NCBI GenBank assembly: GCA_038321985.1
Contig: JBBQFN010000012.1
Coordinates: forward strand, 32,001-96,000
Length of the DNA stretch: 64,000 nt
Origin: Cyanophyceae cyanobacterium
GTDB taxonomy: Bacteria > Cyanobacteriota > Cyanobacteriia > Cyanobacteriales > Laspinemataceae
Reading direction: 5' to 3'
Of the stretch, positions 40,862 to 51,374 are shown piece after piece. The position numbers were made by a program, and so were the translations under genes. The notes beneath the pieces are model-generated. The model saw only the letters and a list, made by a program, of their open reading frames with translations, made no database searches and was not told the origin of the DNA. The number at the start of each line of letters is the position of its first letter. The first letter of the stretch is position 1.

Positions 40862-40905
40862 CGATCGCCTTGCAAAATCCCCGAATCCTTGTATGCTAGA
40901 GAGCA

Positions 40906-42111
40906 ATGCTATCGAGGATGAAGCTAATGGACAAAATGCTTTCTCGGATGGAGGGAGTACAGTCCCCGATTATTCCACAGATTGGAGAACTGATTCGCGC
41001 TTATCCAGGGACGCTTTCCTTGGGACAAGGGGTGGTTTATTATCCACCGCCGCAAGCTGCATTTGAACGCATTGCAGACTGTTTGGCAGACCCTAATAAT
41101 CATAAGTATCAGCCGGTGGAGGGAATTGCCCCGTTACGGGAGGCGATCGCCAGTAAACTACAAGCCGAAAACAACATTAACGTTAACGCCGACACTAAAA
41201 TAGTGGTCACCGCTGGGGGAAATATGGCTTTTATGAATGCCATTCTAGCGATTACCTCCCCCGGGGATGAAATTATTATCCAAACTCCTTATTATTTCAA
41301 TCATGAAATGGCGATCGCCATTGCCGGATGTCAGGCAGTCTGTGTGGCAACCGATGAAAACTATCAACTCCGTCTTGAAGCGATCGCCGATGCAATTACG
41401 GACAAAACCCGGGCGATTGTAACCATTTCTCCCAACAATCCCACGGGGGCCGTTTATTCCGAAACAGCTTTACGCCAAGTCAATCAACTCTGTGGCGATC
41501 GCGGCATTTATCATATTACAGATGAAGCCTACGAATATTTTACCTATGATGGAATCACCCATTTCTCCCCGGGTTCTATCCCCGATAGCCATCCCCATAC
41601 TATTTCCCTGTTTAGTCTCTCCAAAGCCTACGGATTTGCCGGGTGGCGAATTGGCTATATGGTGATTCCTGAACACCTACTTAGTGCGGTTAAAAAAATT
41701 CAAGATACTATCTTAATTTGTCCTCCAATCATTTCCCAGTATGTCGCATTAGGCGCATTAGAAGTGGGTAAAAACTATTGCTTAGAACATATTGAAATCA
41801 TTTCAAAAGTCCGGGAATCCTGTCTTCAACGCTTCTCCGACTTATCTGCCTTTTGCACCGTACCCGAGGCCAAAGGGGCCTTTTACTTTTTGGTGAAACT
41901 CGAAAGCAACCTATCCCCAATGGAAGCAGCTAAACTCCTAATTGATAAATTTCGGGTGGCTACGATTCCCGGCACCACTTTTGGCATTAAAGAAGGGTGT
42001 TTTTTACGGGTTTCTTACGGGGGATTAGACCGGGATACCGCCTTGCGAGGCATCGATCGCTTGTTTCGCGGCTTAAACACAATGTACAAAACTCCGAGTT
42101 CCCGGATGTGA
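40906..42111 (+). CDS. PLP-dependent class I/II aminotransferase
   Basis: SPNNPTG, DEAYE, SLSKAYGFAGWRIGY; exact start uncertain. Confidence 0.93.
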   Translation: MLSRMKLMDKMLSRMEGVQSPIIPQIGELIRAYPGTLSLGQGVVYYPPPQAAFERIADCLADPNNHKYQPVEGIAPLREAIASKLQAENNINVNADTKIVVTAGGNMAFMNAILAITSPGDEIIIQTPYYFNHEMAIAIAGCQAVCVATDENYQLRLEAIADAITDKTRAIVTISPNNPTGAVYSETALRQVNQLCGDRGIYHITDEAYEYFTYDGITHFSPGSIPDSHPHTISLFSLSKAYGFAGWRIGYMVIPEHLLSAVKKIQDTILICPPIISQYVALGALEVGKNYCLEHIEIISKVRESCLQRFSDLSAFCTVPEAKGAFYFLVKLESNLSPMEAAKLLIDKFRVATIPGTTFGIKEGCFLRVSYGGLDRDTALRGIDRLFRGLNTMYKTPSSRM

Positions 42112-42166
42112 AAATAAAAGAGTAGCTTTTACTCTTCCTCTCCCCTAAAAAATCCCCTAAAAAATT

Positions 42167-42955
42167 ATGTCTAATTCCTCAAAATTGACCCCTCCCCTCA
42201 AAGCCTTTTCAGTGGATGCCTTAGCAGTCCGTGTATTTGAAACAGAAGCAGAGATGGCCCTCCAAGCAGCGATCGCCGCCAGCGATTTCTTACAGGCGGC
42301 GATCGATCAACAGGGGGAAGCAAGGGTACTCCTGGCAACGGGAAATTCCCAAATCAAATTTCTGGACGCTGCGATCGCCTTAGATCGAGTGGATTGGTCC
42401 CGGATTGTCTTCTTTCATTTAGATGAGTATTTGGGAATTGAGTTTAACCATCCTGCCAGTTTTCGCCGCTATCTGCGCGATCGCGTGGAAAATCAAGTCC
42501 ATCCCGCCGCCTTCCATTACATCAACGGAGATGCTATCCAACCCCTAGCCGAATGCGATCGTTACACCCAACTTTTGCGAGAAAAACCTCTTGATTTATG
42601 CTGCTTGGGAGTGGGAGAAAATGGTCACTTAGCTTTTAATGAACCGGGTATTGCTGATTTTAACGACCCTTATCCGATTAAACTGGTTAAATTAGCCCCC
42701 GCTACCCATCGGCAATTGGTCAATCAAGGCCAGTTTCCCAGCCTAGAATCGGTTCCCAAATATGCTTTTAGTCTGACGATTCCCCAACTTTGTGCCGCCA
42801 CACAAATCATCTGTCTTGCGCCCTCCAGCCGGAAAACCGAGATAGTCAAGCAGATGTTATCCCACCCGATTACTCCGGAGATTCCCGCCACAATTTTGCG
42901 ATCGCAACCCCACGCCACCTTATTTTTAGACCGAGATTCAGCGGGGGAAATTTAA
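42167..42955 (+). CDS. nagB: Glucosamine-6-phosphate deaminase family protein
   Basis: LATGNSQ, HLDEY, LGVGENGHLAFNEP, PATIL..H. Confidence 0.85.
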   Translation: MSNSSKLTPPLKAFSVDALAVRVFETEAEMALQAAIAASDFLQAAIDQQGEARVLLATGNSQIKFLDAAIALDRVDWSRIVFFHLDEYLGIEFNHPASFRRYLRDRVENQVHPAAFHYINGDAIQPLAECDRYTQLLREKPLDLCCLGVGENGHLAFNEPGIADFNDPYPIKLVKLAPATHRQLVNQGQFPSLESVPKYAFSLTIPQLCAATQIICLAPSSRKTEIVKQMLSHPITPEIPATILRSQPHATLFLDRDSAGEI

Positions 42956-42968
42956 CCGGATTCTTCCC

Positions 42969-43940
42969 CTATTGGTGCGCGCTAATCTTGGCCGAAATTG
43001 GGGATTTAACCTTTGTTTTAACCTCAACCCTACCCCGGGCCGGGATATCATTTCCCGAACTCACTTCCGGACGGGTAGCGGCTTCGCTATTCTCTAATAG
43101 ATGAAAAGCGTAGGTTCCCAGTTGTTCATGGGCAAAGGTGGTGGGATGAATTTCATCCCAAAATAGATATTCCTCTGGATTCTGGCAAACCACGCCCCGT
43201 TGTTGATTTAGACAAGGTTCGGTAACGTTACTGAATCCAAACTTATCCGGGTCATCCAACACCCGATTATAAATTTCATTGACGTTCAAAGGAATAATTT
43301 CTACCTCAGAATCGAGGCGATTGTTCAACTGTTGAAGAGACTCAGCTAATCTATCATTATGCAGGCGAATTAACTGATTTAATTGCACCGAACTTTGATT
43401 ATTTCTCGTTGCCGGCAAATTTCCTAAATCCGGCAGGTTAGGGACTAAAAAATTTTGAGCACCCATTGCAGCAAGGGTAGCGATCGCCTTGGAGACATTC
43501 GAGACAGGTTGATTCGGATCCCTCTGATTATTCCCCAGGTAATCGTTCGGTCCCGCCCACACAATATAGAGGGCGTTCGGGTCGGCTGAATTTTCCGTAC
43601 GTTGGAAGCGATTCACCTGATCCAATAGTCCTCGTGAGGGGCTTTTATTCACATTCATTTGCCCCGTAGTCGCCCCACCATAGGCAAAATTCGTGTCCGG
43701 ATTAAAGGGAATATTTAATTGTTCAGCCAGATATTCTACCCACACCGGGCCATTAGAAAATCTTCCCTTAAAGTATAAGGAACTAGGGGGAATTGCGGCT
43801 TGGGACTGTTCAAACAATTGACCCGTATCGGAGAGACTATCACCAAAAACATATATCTCGCTAAAGTTTGCTGCCATAACAGGACCTGGAATTAGAAAAG
43901 AAAAAAGAACGGCTGCACTCGCTAAAATCCCTTGTCGCAT
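42969..43940 (-). CDS. Secreted SGNH/GDSL hydrolase
   Basis: Signal peptide, FGDSLSD, GRFSNG, GPNDY, FWDEIHPT. Confidence 0.93.
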   Translation of the reverse strand: MRQGILASAAVLFSFLIPGPVMAANFSEIYVFGDSLSDTGQLFEQSQAAIPPSSLYFKGRFSNGPVWVEYLAEQLNIPFNPDTNFAYGGATTGQMNVNKSPSRGLLDQVNRFQRTENSADPNALYIVWAGPNDYLGNNQRDPNQPVSNVSKAIATLAAMGAQNFLVPNLPDLGNLPATRNNQSSVQLNQLIRLHNDRLAESLQQLNNRLDSEVEIIPLNVNEIYNRVLDDPDKFGFSNVTEPCLNQQRGVVCQNPEEYLFWDEIHPTTFAHEQLGTYAFHLLENSEAATRPEVSSGNDIPARGRVEVKTKVKSPISAKISAHQ

Positions 43941-44386
43941 GGTAATTTTCAGAAAATCTCCTGGGTAAGGTAACGGGGGAATGATTGAAAGCGTGGCTAT
44001 CTGGACTCCCTAATTTCAATTCTCCGGTGGAAGAAAGAACGGTCCGGAATAAGTCTATTTTTTCACAGCCCTGTCCTTTTTGCCCTCTCTCGGGAGTTGT
44101 AAATTTACTGAGGCGATCGCCCTTGAACTCCGTAGTTAGACGTAACGATTCCCTGGTCAATAGCGGTAGAACTCCCTCTTTGGGATAGGTGACAAAGTTA
44201 TAATTTTCTGTTATAATCTCTTTTAAATATAAAATTAAAATCTAGTAGAATTTTAACTTTATAATCTCTTTAATAATTAAAAATAATTAAAAGTAAAAAC
44301 CCGAGCTCTTGCTTGGAAGTATCCCGGGGTGATCTGTCTGACGCACCCGAAACAATTAAGCGGGTGCATCAGTAAGCTATTTAGCC

Positions 44387-44839
44387 TTAAATTTCCTTCA
44401 GGGTTTTGAGAGACTCTTCCACATGACCCTCGAAATTCATCATGGAATTAAAGATATGGCGGACAACTCCCTGTTTGTCAATCACATAAGTGACGCGCCC
44501 GGGGAGGAGTCCCAAGGTTGCAGGGACCCCATAAAGCTTGCGAAGAGTTTTATCGCGATCGCTTAAGAGGGTAAAGGGCAGGTTGTACTTACTGGCAAAT
44601 TTTTGATGAGAATCCGCTGAATCACTGCTGACTCCGATCACCTCGGCACCGGATTGTTTGAACTGTTCATAACTATCCCGAAAGGCGCAGGATTCCTTGG
44701 TGCATCCGGGGGTATCATCTTTGGGATAAAAGTAGAGCACCACACTGGATTTCCCTCGAAAATCGCTGAGTTTAACGGGTTCCCCGGTTTGGGACGGCAA
44801 ACTAAAATCTGGGGCCGTATCTCCTATTTTTAAGCTCAT
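44387..44839 (-). CDS. bcp: Peroxiredoxin BCP/PrxQ
   Basis: [16 protein letters not shown]. Confidence 0.93.
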   Translation of the reverse strand: MSLKIGDTAPDFSLPSQTGEPVKLSDFRGKSSVVLYFYPKDDTPGCTKESCAFRDSYEQFKQSGAEVIGVSSDSADSHQKFASKYNLPFTLLSDRDKTLRKLYGVPATLGLLPGRVTYVIDKQGVVRHIFNSMMNFEGHVEESLKTLKEI

Positions 44840-45035
44840 AATCCCTAGTCCTGTGTCTTTTGTCTACAAAATGTTAACTTTTGTAATGTTACCGCGATTT
44901 GTCCCCGCAATGGGAGCTTTCTGAGGTGAAGAAATCACAGAGAGGCTCTATTTAGCCCTCAGACGAGCAACTCCCATCAATTCCGAGTGCTAGTCAGGTC
45001 ATCATCTACTCAAGATTAGAAAAACTTAATTGATT

Positions 45036-45629
45036 ATGATTCGACATCCTTTTGCCATTGGATTAGCTGGGCTGCTCATTTTAGGCGCGATGCCAAGCGT
45101 CTCCCGTGCAAATCTTCCTCCCGTGGTGCAGCGAAATTTGCCCTCTGATATGGAACAGGCAGAGGCTTACAATAACCAGGGATTTGATTTAGCTAGTCAG
45201 GGAAGGTTTTCCGAAGCGATCGCAGCTTTTGAACAAGCCATTAAAGCATATCCCAATTATGATACTGCGTACAATAATCTGGGAATTGTTTATGCCCAAC
45301 TGGGAAATTTTTCGGAAGCGGTGGCAGCTTTTGAAGAAGCGATCGCCCGGAATTCTGGCAATGTGGAATACTATAATAATCTGGGCAGTGCCTTAGGGTC
45401 CCTCGGTAGAATATCTGAAGCCACTAACGTTTTTACAGAGGCGATCGCCCGCTACCCAAACGAACCTGATAGCCATTTTAACTTAGCCATTGCCTTTTTA
45501 AATCAAAATAAAATCCCTGAAGCAATTGAGTCCTTTAAAGAGGCCGGAAACTTATATCAATCTCGCAATAATTTCCAGGCTGTCGCGCAAATCAATCAAA
45601 TTTTACAAGGATTAGAACCCAGTCCATAA
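45036..45629 (+). CDS. Secreted TPR protein
   Basis: Signal peptide followed by about four AYNNLG-type TPRs. Confidence 0.85.
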   Translation: MIRHPFAIGLAGLLILGAMPSVSRANLPPVVQRNLPSDMEQAEAYNNQGFDLASQGRFSEAIAAFEQAIKAYPNYDTAYNNLGIVYAQLGNFSEAVAAFEEAIARNSGNVEYYNNLGSALGSLGRISEATNVFTEAIARYPNEPDSHFNLAIAFLNQNKIPEAIESFKEAGNLYQSRNNFQAVAQINQILQGLEPSP

Positions 45630-45669
45630 CCCGAAATATTTTAACCCAGAACTCAAATGAATGAGTCCA

Positions 45670-46557
45670 TCATCGAAATAACCCTTTCAGTTCTTGCCAG
45701 AATGCCGACTCCCCCCCTTTTACCCGAGCATGGGTGAGGATACCATGACTTGGACTCAATAGCAAAGCCAACAGAAAAAATCCCGATACAACTAACACAA
45801 TGGCCGGACCAGAGGGGAGGTTTTGATAATAGCTCAAATACATCCCAGAGATACTAGAAATAATCCCGATAATCGCTCCTAGTATCATCACTTGATGGAG
45901 ACGGGGCACTAATAAATAGGCGGTAGCACCGGGGGCAATCAGCAGGGATAAAACCAGCACCACCCCCACCGCTTTCATACTGGCAACTACGGTTAAGGCA
46001 ATCAAGACCATTAAGCCGAAATTGAGCAAATTCACAGGAAGTCCAGCGGCTTGAGCACCCAAAGGGTCAAAGGTGTAAAACAACAGTTCTTTATATAGTA
46101 AAAACACGACCGCTAGGGTTAAAATAGCAATCAACGCGGTGGTGTTTACATCTTCGGAGGTGACCGCGAGAATGTTGCCGAATAAAAAATGATTAAGGTC
46201 AATTTTCTGCTCTTTTTGAATCAGGGTAATTAAAGTAATACCGAGAGCAAAAAATGAGGATAAAACGATTCCCATTGCCGCATCTTCTTTAATGGGCGAT
46301 CGCGTTTTAATCCAGGCGATCGCCACGGTACTCAAAACCCCGGCAATAAAAGCGCCTAGAAAAATATTCACCCCAATTCCATAGGCGATCGCCAGTCCCG
46401 GGAGCACCGAATGCCCGATCGCATCCCCCAACAAAGCAAGGCGCTGGACCATCAAATAACTGCCAACTACGGCACAAATCAAGCCAACTAAAATCGCTAC
46501 AATTAGCGATCGCTGCATAAAACTATATTGGAGGGGTTCAATTAATCCGTTTAACAT
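45670..46557 (-). CDS. mntB: Mn/Zn ABC transporter permease
   Basis: GDAIGHSVLPG, EDAAMG, HFLFGNIL. Confidence 0.85.
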   Translation of the reverse strand: MLNGLIEPLQYSFMQRSLIVAILVGLICAVVGSYLMVQRLALLGDAIGHSVLPGLAIAYGIGVNIFLGAFIAGVLSTVAIAWIKTRSPIKEDAAMGIVLSSFFALGITLITLIQKEQKIDLNHFLFGNILAVTSEDVNTTALIAILTLAVVFLLYKELLFYTFDPLGAQAAGLPVNLLNFGLMVLIALTVVASMKAVGVVLVLSLLIAPGATAYLLVPRLHQVMILGAIIGIISSISGMYLSYYQNLPSGPAIVLVVSGFFLLALLLSPSHGILTHARVKGGESAFWQELKGLFR

Positions 46558-46671
46558 GGCAGGGGAAGCTATACAGAACTCAGCAAGCGTCTCAATCCCA
46601 ATCTAAATCCCTCCCGTCCCCGAACCAAAACACAGGGGAAGGGATTGAATTAAATAGGATGATAATTTCCA

Positions 46672-47466
46672 TTAAGCAGCGCGATCAGAAAAAAACCGCA
46701 CCTGTCCTTGGTAGGCGCGATACATATTCTCCGATCGCAGCACTTGTTCTCTCCCACCCCCGGCAATTAGTTCGCGATTTAAGAGGATTAAATCGTCAAA
46801 ATGGGTAATAGATTCTCCGAGGTCATGGTTAACAACTAAAACGATTTTTCCCGCCTCACCAAGCTCGTGAAAAATCTCAAAGAGGACCGCCTCAGTTTTT
46901 TGGTCAATCCCTACAAATGGCTCATCAAAACAGAAAATATCCGCTTCTTGTGCTAGGGATCTTGCTAAGAAGACACGCTGCTGCTGTCCCCCAGATAAAT
47001 CCCCAATTTTGCGGTTGTGGTAGTCACTCATTCCGACTCGCGCCAAGGCATCGGAGGCAATCCGACGACTGACCGTACTATAACGCCGAAACCATCCCGT
47101 TTTCTTAACTCGTCCCATCATCACCACATCCCAAACGGTGGCAGGATAGGTCCAATCAATCTGCGATCGCTGGGGGACATAGGCGACGCGATCGCGTTGT
47201 TCCATCAAGGGTTGCCCTTCATAGAGGACCCTACCGCTTAAGGGCGGGGTTAATCCTAACATCGCTTTAATTAAGGTACTTTTACCTGCCCCATTGGGTC
47301 CAATAATCCCGGTGATGTGTCCCGCGCGAATCACCGCGTTGACATCAGTAAGGGCCTGAACCTGGCGATAATTCACGGTGAGATGGCTGATGGAGATCGT
47401 CTTGTCCGAGAGGCTTGGAGGGCGATCGCCCTCCAAGTCTGGTTTGACATGAGGTGGTATTTTCAT
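46672..47466 (-). CDS. mntA: Mn/Zn ABC transporter ATPase
   Basis: [27 protein letters not shown]; start uncertain. Confidence 0.85.
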   Translation of the reverse strand: MKIPPHVKPDLEGDRPPSLSDKTISISHLTVNYRQVQALTDVNAVIRAGHITGIIGPNGAGKSTLIKAMLGLTPPLSGRVLYEGQPLMEQRDRVAYVPQRSQIDWTYPATVWDVVMMGRVKKTGWFRRYSTVSRRIASDALARVGMSDYHNRKIGDLSGGQQQRVFLARSLAQEADIFCFDEPFVGIDQKTEAVLFEIFHELGEAGKIVLVVNHDLGESITHFDDLILLNRELIAGGGREQVLRSENMYRAYQGQVRFFSDRAA

Positions 47467-47509
47467 AAAAATTTCTAAAATTTGGCTTTTCATTCCAGGA
47501 TAGTGCAAA

Positions 47510-47550
47510 TATGAACCAACTATGAGGTAAATATGAAAGAAAAATGAAAA
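47510..47550 (+). promoter_or_regulatory. ManR-like direct-repeat box between the divergent mntA and mntC
   Basis: TATGAacc/TATGAggt/TATGAaag/AATGAaaa with an 11-bp period. Confidence 0.65.
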
Positions 47551-48542
47551 AATCTACCCAAATCAGAGCGATCGCGGACTATCCTCGAAAAAAATCCCTC
47601 TTAAGATGGGCAACCGGACTGATTCTAGGGTTCTGCCTGAGTAGCTGTACCAACCCTGGGGTGAATCAGGAGGGGGAGATTTCTGGGGGTCTGCCCGACG
47701 TGGTGTCCACCAGTACCATTATCGCAGACTTAACCAAGGCGATCGCCCCCGAGGAAATCCAAATCACCAGCATTTTGACCCCGGGGGTCGATCCGCATAT
47801 TTACGAACCCGTCCCCGCAGATTCCATTGCTTTTGAGAAGGCTGATTTGATTCTCTATAATGGCTACAACTTAGAACCCGGACTCATTAACATGATGAAT
47901 GCTGCTGGAGTTAATGCCCGCAAATCCGCAGTCGGGGAAGTCGTACCCCCTTTGCAAATGGAGAAGGGGGCGCAAACGGCACCGGATCCCCATGTCTGGG
48001 GAAATGTGACCCATGCGATCGCCATGGTAAACGCGATTCGGGATGCCTTAAGCGAACTCTCCCCAGAAAACGCACCGGCACTTCGCGAAAAAGCCGCTGC
48101 CTATACCGCCATCTTGGAACAACTCCACCGCTGGATTACGGAGCAAATTGCCACGATTCCTCCAGAAAACCGGCGGTTGGTCACCACTCACGATGCCTTC
48201 CAATACTATGCCCAAGGGTACGGGTTAGAGGTAACCGGCACGTTAATTGGGATCAGTACCGAGGAACAACCCAGCGCCCAAACCTTGACGCGGCTAGTTG
48301 AGGAAATTAAACGGGCGCAGGTTCCGGCTATTTTTGCTGAAACTACCATTAATCCGCAACTGATCCGAACTGTCGCCCAAGAGGCACAGGTAAAGTTAGC
48401 ACCCCAGGAATTATACTCCGACTCCATCGGTGTTCCTGGTAGTGAGGGAGATTCTTATATTAAAATGATGGTCTCAAATACCCGTGCGGTGGTGGAAGCA
48501 TTGGGAGGAACCTATACCCCGTTTGTTGTTGCCGAGGATTAG
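47544..48542 (+). CDS. mntC: Mn/Zn ABC transporter substrate-binding lipoprotein
   Basis: Lipobox (SSC), DPHIYEP, DPHVW, THDAFQY, YSDSIG. Confidence 0.88.
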   Translation: MKKSTQIRAIADYPRKKSLLRWATGLILGFCLSSCTNPGVNQEGEISGGLPDVVSTSTIIADLTKAIAPEEIQITSILTPGVDPHIYEPVPADSIAFEKADLILYNGYNLEPGLINMMNAAGVNARKSAVGEVVPPLQMEKGAQTAPDPHVWGNVTHAIAMVNAIRDALSELSPENAPALREKAAAYTAILEQLHRWITEQIATIPPENRRLVTTHDAFQYYAQGYGLEVTGTLIGISTEEQPSAQTLTRLVEEIKRAQVPAIFAETTINPQLIRTVAQEAQVKLAPQELYSDSIGVPGSEGDSYIKMMVSNTRAVVEALGGTYTPFVVAED

Positions 48543-48721
48543 AGGACCGGCTGGGTTCGCATCTGCACCGGGCTAAAGAAAAATTGCCCGCTTTGAATCT
48601 GCAATTTTTCTTTTCCCGGCTAACGCCTCACCTGAAGTAGAGGGGAGAAGTCGTTGATAAACTGCCCCTACTTAAGGGGTGAGGTGGGATGGTGAGGGAC
48701 TTTTGCGGTACGGGAACCGAT

Positions 48722-49078
48722 TTAAGCAACGGCTTTTTGTGCTTTGGCATTTAACATCAGGTTGCCGCGAGCATCGATGCTAAAATCTATCCCGGGAATT
48801 AAGCCTTTGTGGATCAATCGCTGATAGAGCCCCATGCGCAGGGTACTTTGGATTTGGCCCATGATATCAGCGGGGATGAGATGGGCGATCGCCCACACGA
48901 CCGCTTCCCAGTCTAACCACAGTAACCGTTCGATACTGACGATGATGACGCCGGATAACTCTTCGAGGGTCATCCGATCGCGGAGATCGGCGATCGAATC
49001 TTTCCCGATCAGCGTGTTGCGGGTCATCATCACCCGAGTCATTTTGGTGGCTTCTGTTTCTAGTTGTAAAAGGTTCAT
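48722..49078 (-). CDS. Hypothetical protein
   Basis: Protein-like ORF with AAGGA upstream of MNLLQ; C-terminal GLIPGIDFS.D..G.L. Confidence 0.55.
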   Translation of the reverse strand: MNLLQLETEATKMTRVMMTRNTLIGKDSIADLRDRMTLEELSGVIIVSIERLLWLDWEAVVWAIAHLIPADIMGQIQSTLRMGLYQRLIHKGLIPGIDFSIDARGNLMLNAKAQKAVA

Positions 49079-49734
49079 CCGGATTCCTTTGCTGATAGTA
49101 GGGTGTTGCACAGCAGATTTTTGAGGCACCATCGACGCTCGGGGCAGCCCATGCTTTCGCCCCTCCATCGCGCTTTTGTATTAGTGTACCGGAATCCGAG
49201 TTAAATCTCTACCTTTTGGAGGATGTTGAATCTTATTTTTTTAGAATATAAACTCCTATCCGCCCTCAATGCCCGGGACCCCGCCCTTAGCCCTGGTCTT
49301 TTCCTACCCCGTTGGTCCCAAAGTTCCCTCTGAGGGGCCACCGCCCCCACATTTCAGAGGGCAAGGTATCCGGGATAACAAACGAGTGTGAATCAGAGAT
49401 ATTTCTTTTGACTGATTTGCCCCCCTTAACTTTAAAGATAAGGTCTTAATAATGCAACTATTACTTAAAGAACAGAATGCTTTCCCGGTAGAACTAGCCT
49501 GGAATATAACTCGGGAAAATAGCAGTTTGTTAACCTAAGCAATGGCCGGACCCTGACTCTGTAACCAATTGTTTTTTTGCATAGACCCTACCCTTGGTAA
49601 GTGAAAGCCCCGAGCTTAATTGCCACAATTTAGCAATAACGCTAAAGTGGTCACCAAGGGGAATGTCAACGAATAAATTCCGGTACAGGGCTTGATTCTC
49701 CCGCTAAAAGCAAAGGGAAAAATGAGGTAAGACG

Positions 49735-49989
49735 ATGCATGACAAATTTGATTTTATATCTCCTCGCAGTCGTTACTATGGCAAATTTACGCCAGACAAT
49801 CCAGAAAATATGGTGTTTAACGCCAACTTGCAGGAGTTTGCCCAGCGCGTTAGCGTGATTAGTTGTTTGGAAACCGGAGGAAAATTACCCCCAGAAGACG
49901 CGTATAAACAAATTAAGGGCCTCTGGAAAAAGCTCAAGAGGACTAAAAAACAATTAGGAATTGGCAGCGAGTCCAATGCTGCTGAATAA
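49735..49989 (+). CDS. Small conserved cyanobacterial protein
   Basis: SRYYG.F.P.NMVFNANLQEFAQRV..I..LETGGK...E.AY..IK.LWK.LK; GAGG RBS. Confidence 0.8.
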   Translation: MHDKFDFISPRSRYYGKFTPDNPENMVFNANLQEFAQRVSVISCLETGGKLPPEDAYKQIKGLWKKLKRTKKQLGIGSESNAAE

Positions 49990-50141
49990 AATCCACCGGG
50001 AGACAAAAGAGGCGATCGCCCCGGTATTTTTAAAATGAACCCCAATCAGGAGGGCAAAATAGGCAATGCACGTTACCGGCGATCGCCTCTTAGACCATCA
50101 GATGTGAAAACCACCCATAATAATCCTAGAACTATTTTGTT

Positions 50142-50720
50142 ATGACAATTGCCAATTTAGCTCCGGTCTCCTCCAGCCTGAGGAGAACTTTCATCCGCAA
50201 AGAGTCGATACCGCTGTGGCAAGACGTGCTGTGGAAAATCGAGCGTGGAATCGTCCGAACTATTACCTGGACGGAAGATGGGTCTACCATCGCCTCTGGA
50301 TATTGGGGAAAAGGGGATGTCATCGGTGAACCCCTCTGTTGCATTAGCGGCTATCAAATGGAATGTTTAACCTCCGTTGAAGTCAGCATCATCCCCGCCC
50401 ATCAGTGGCAATACTCCTTAGACGCCATTCGCACCCATACCCAAAAAACAGAAGAACTCCTCAGCATCATTCACTGCAAGCAAGTCCATGAACGCTTGCT
50501 TAAATTTTTGGGGTGGTTAAGCGAAAAATTCGGTCGTTCCGTAGAACAAGGCCGCTTGCTAGAATTACCCATGACCCATCAAGAAATAGCCGAGGCGATC
50601 GGGACCTCCCGAGTCACCGTGACTCGCCTCCTTCAACGATTTGAAACGGAAGGGACCATCTCCCGCCCCCGTCGCCAATCAATTCTTCTCTCCGAATCAA
50701 TGGGTTGGCCCCAGGTTTAA
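50142..50720 (+). CDS. Crp/Fnr-family transcriptional regulator
   Basis: G.VRT.TW.EDG, THQEIAEAIGTSRVTVTRLL HTH. Confidence 0.92.
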   Translation: MTIANLAPVSSSLRRTFIRKESIPLWQDVLWKIERGIVRTITWTEDGSTIASGYWGKGDVIGEPLCCISGYQMECLTSVEVSIIPAHQWQYSLDAIRTHTQKTEELLSIIHCKQVHERLLKFLGWLSEKFGRSVEQGRLLELPMTHQEIAEAIGTSRVTVTRLLQRFETEGTISRPRRQSILLSESMGWPQV

Positions 50721-50890
50721 AAAATCCCGTGGCGATCGCACCCCAACCTACTCCCCAGGGGCTAACCTAGCGTTGGCCCCTTTTTTACATCCCGCACAGG
50801 TTCTGGGGCAAATCCCCCCGGGGAAATTTTCAGGTTCTCTCCCCTTCCCAGGTCGTAAAGTGTCGCGGTTGAGGTAAGATATCCCCTATC

Positions 50891-51039
50891 AGGCGGTTCT
50901 GATGGGGTTCAGCTATCAGACGTAAGGGGGAAAGCTCGGTATAAATCCGGCACTGTCCCGCAACTGTGATCCGACACCCAAGTTCCCGGTGAATGTCGAT
51001 TTGCCATCTGGGGTCCGTAAGTCAGAATGCCCACCGCCT
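50891..51039 (+). promoter_or_regulatory. Cobalamin riboswitch
   Basis: P1 AGGCGGT/ACCGCCT, GGGGAAAG.CGGT..AAATCCGGCACTGTCCCGCAACTGT core, AGTCAGA B12 box; upstream of cobalt/B12 genes. Confidence 0.92.
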
Positions 51040-51374
51040 CTGTAGTTCACCCTTAAATTCATCTGCGAGGTACAGATGGGCATTGATTCTCATTTACAAC
51101 CCTCTATTCTGTCAATAGTAGCCCTTGCGCGGAACAGTGCGGCAGCCCGATCGTACTTTTGACCCTACAACCACGCCGAGGGGAAAAATTGCAGCTTTGT
51201 GAGTTCCCAAAAAGCAGCCAGGAGACTCACTTTCTAGGCCAATTTTTGGGAAATCCGGTGTCGGAACCATCCCGAGTGCCGAAATTTTTCATCCCCATTG
51301 CGGGGGTTTAACCCTTGATGTTCCCTGAAAACGCACTCCAGTCGCACTTATGCCCCTGGTCCTACTCAATATAG

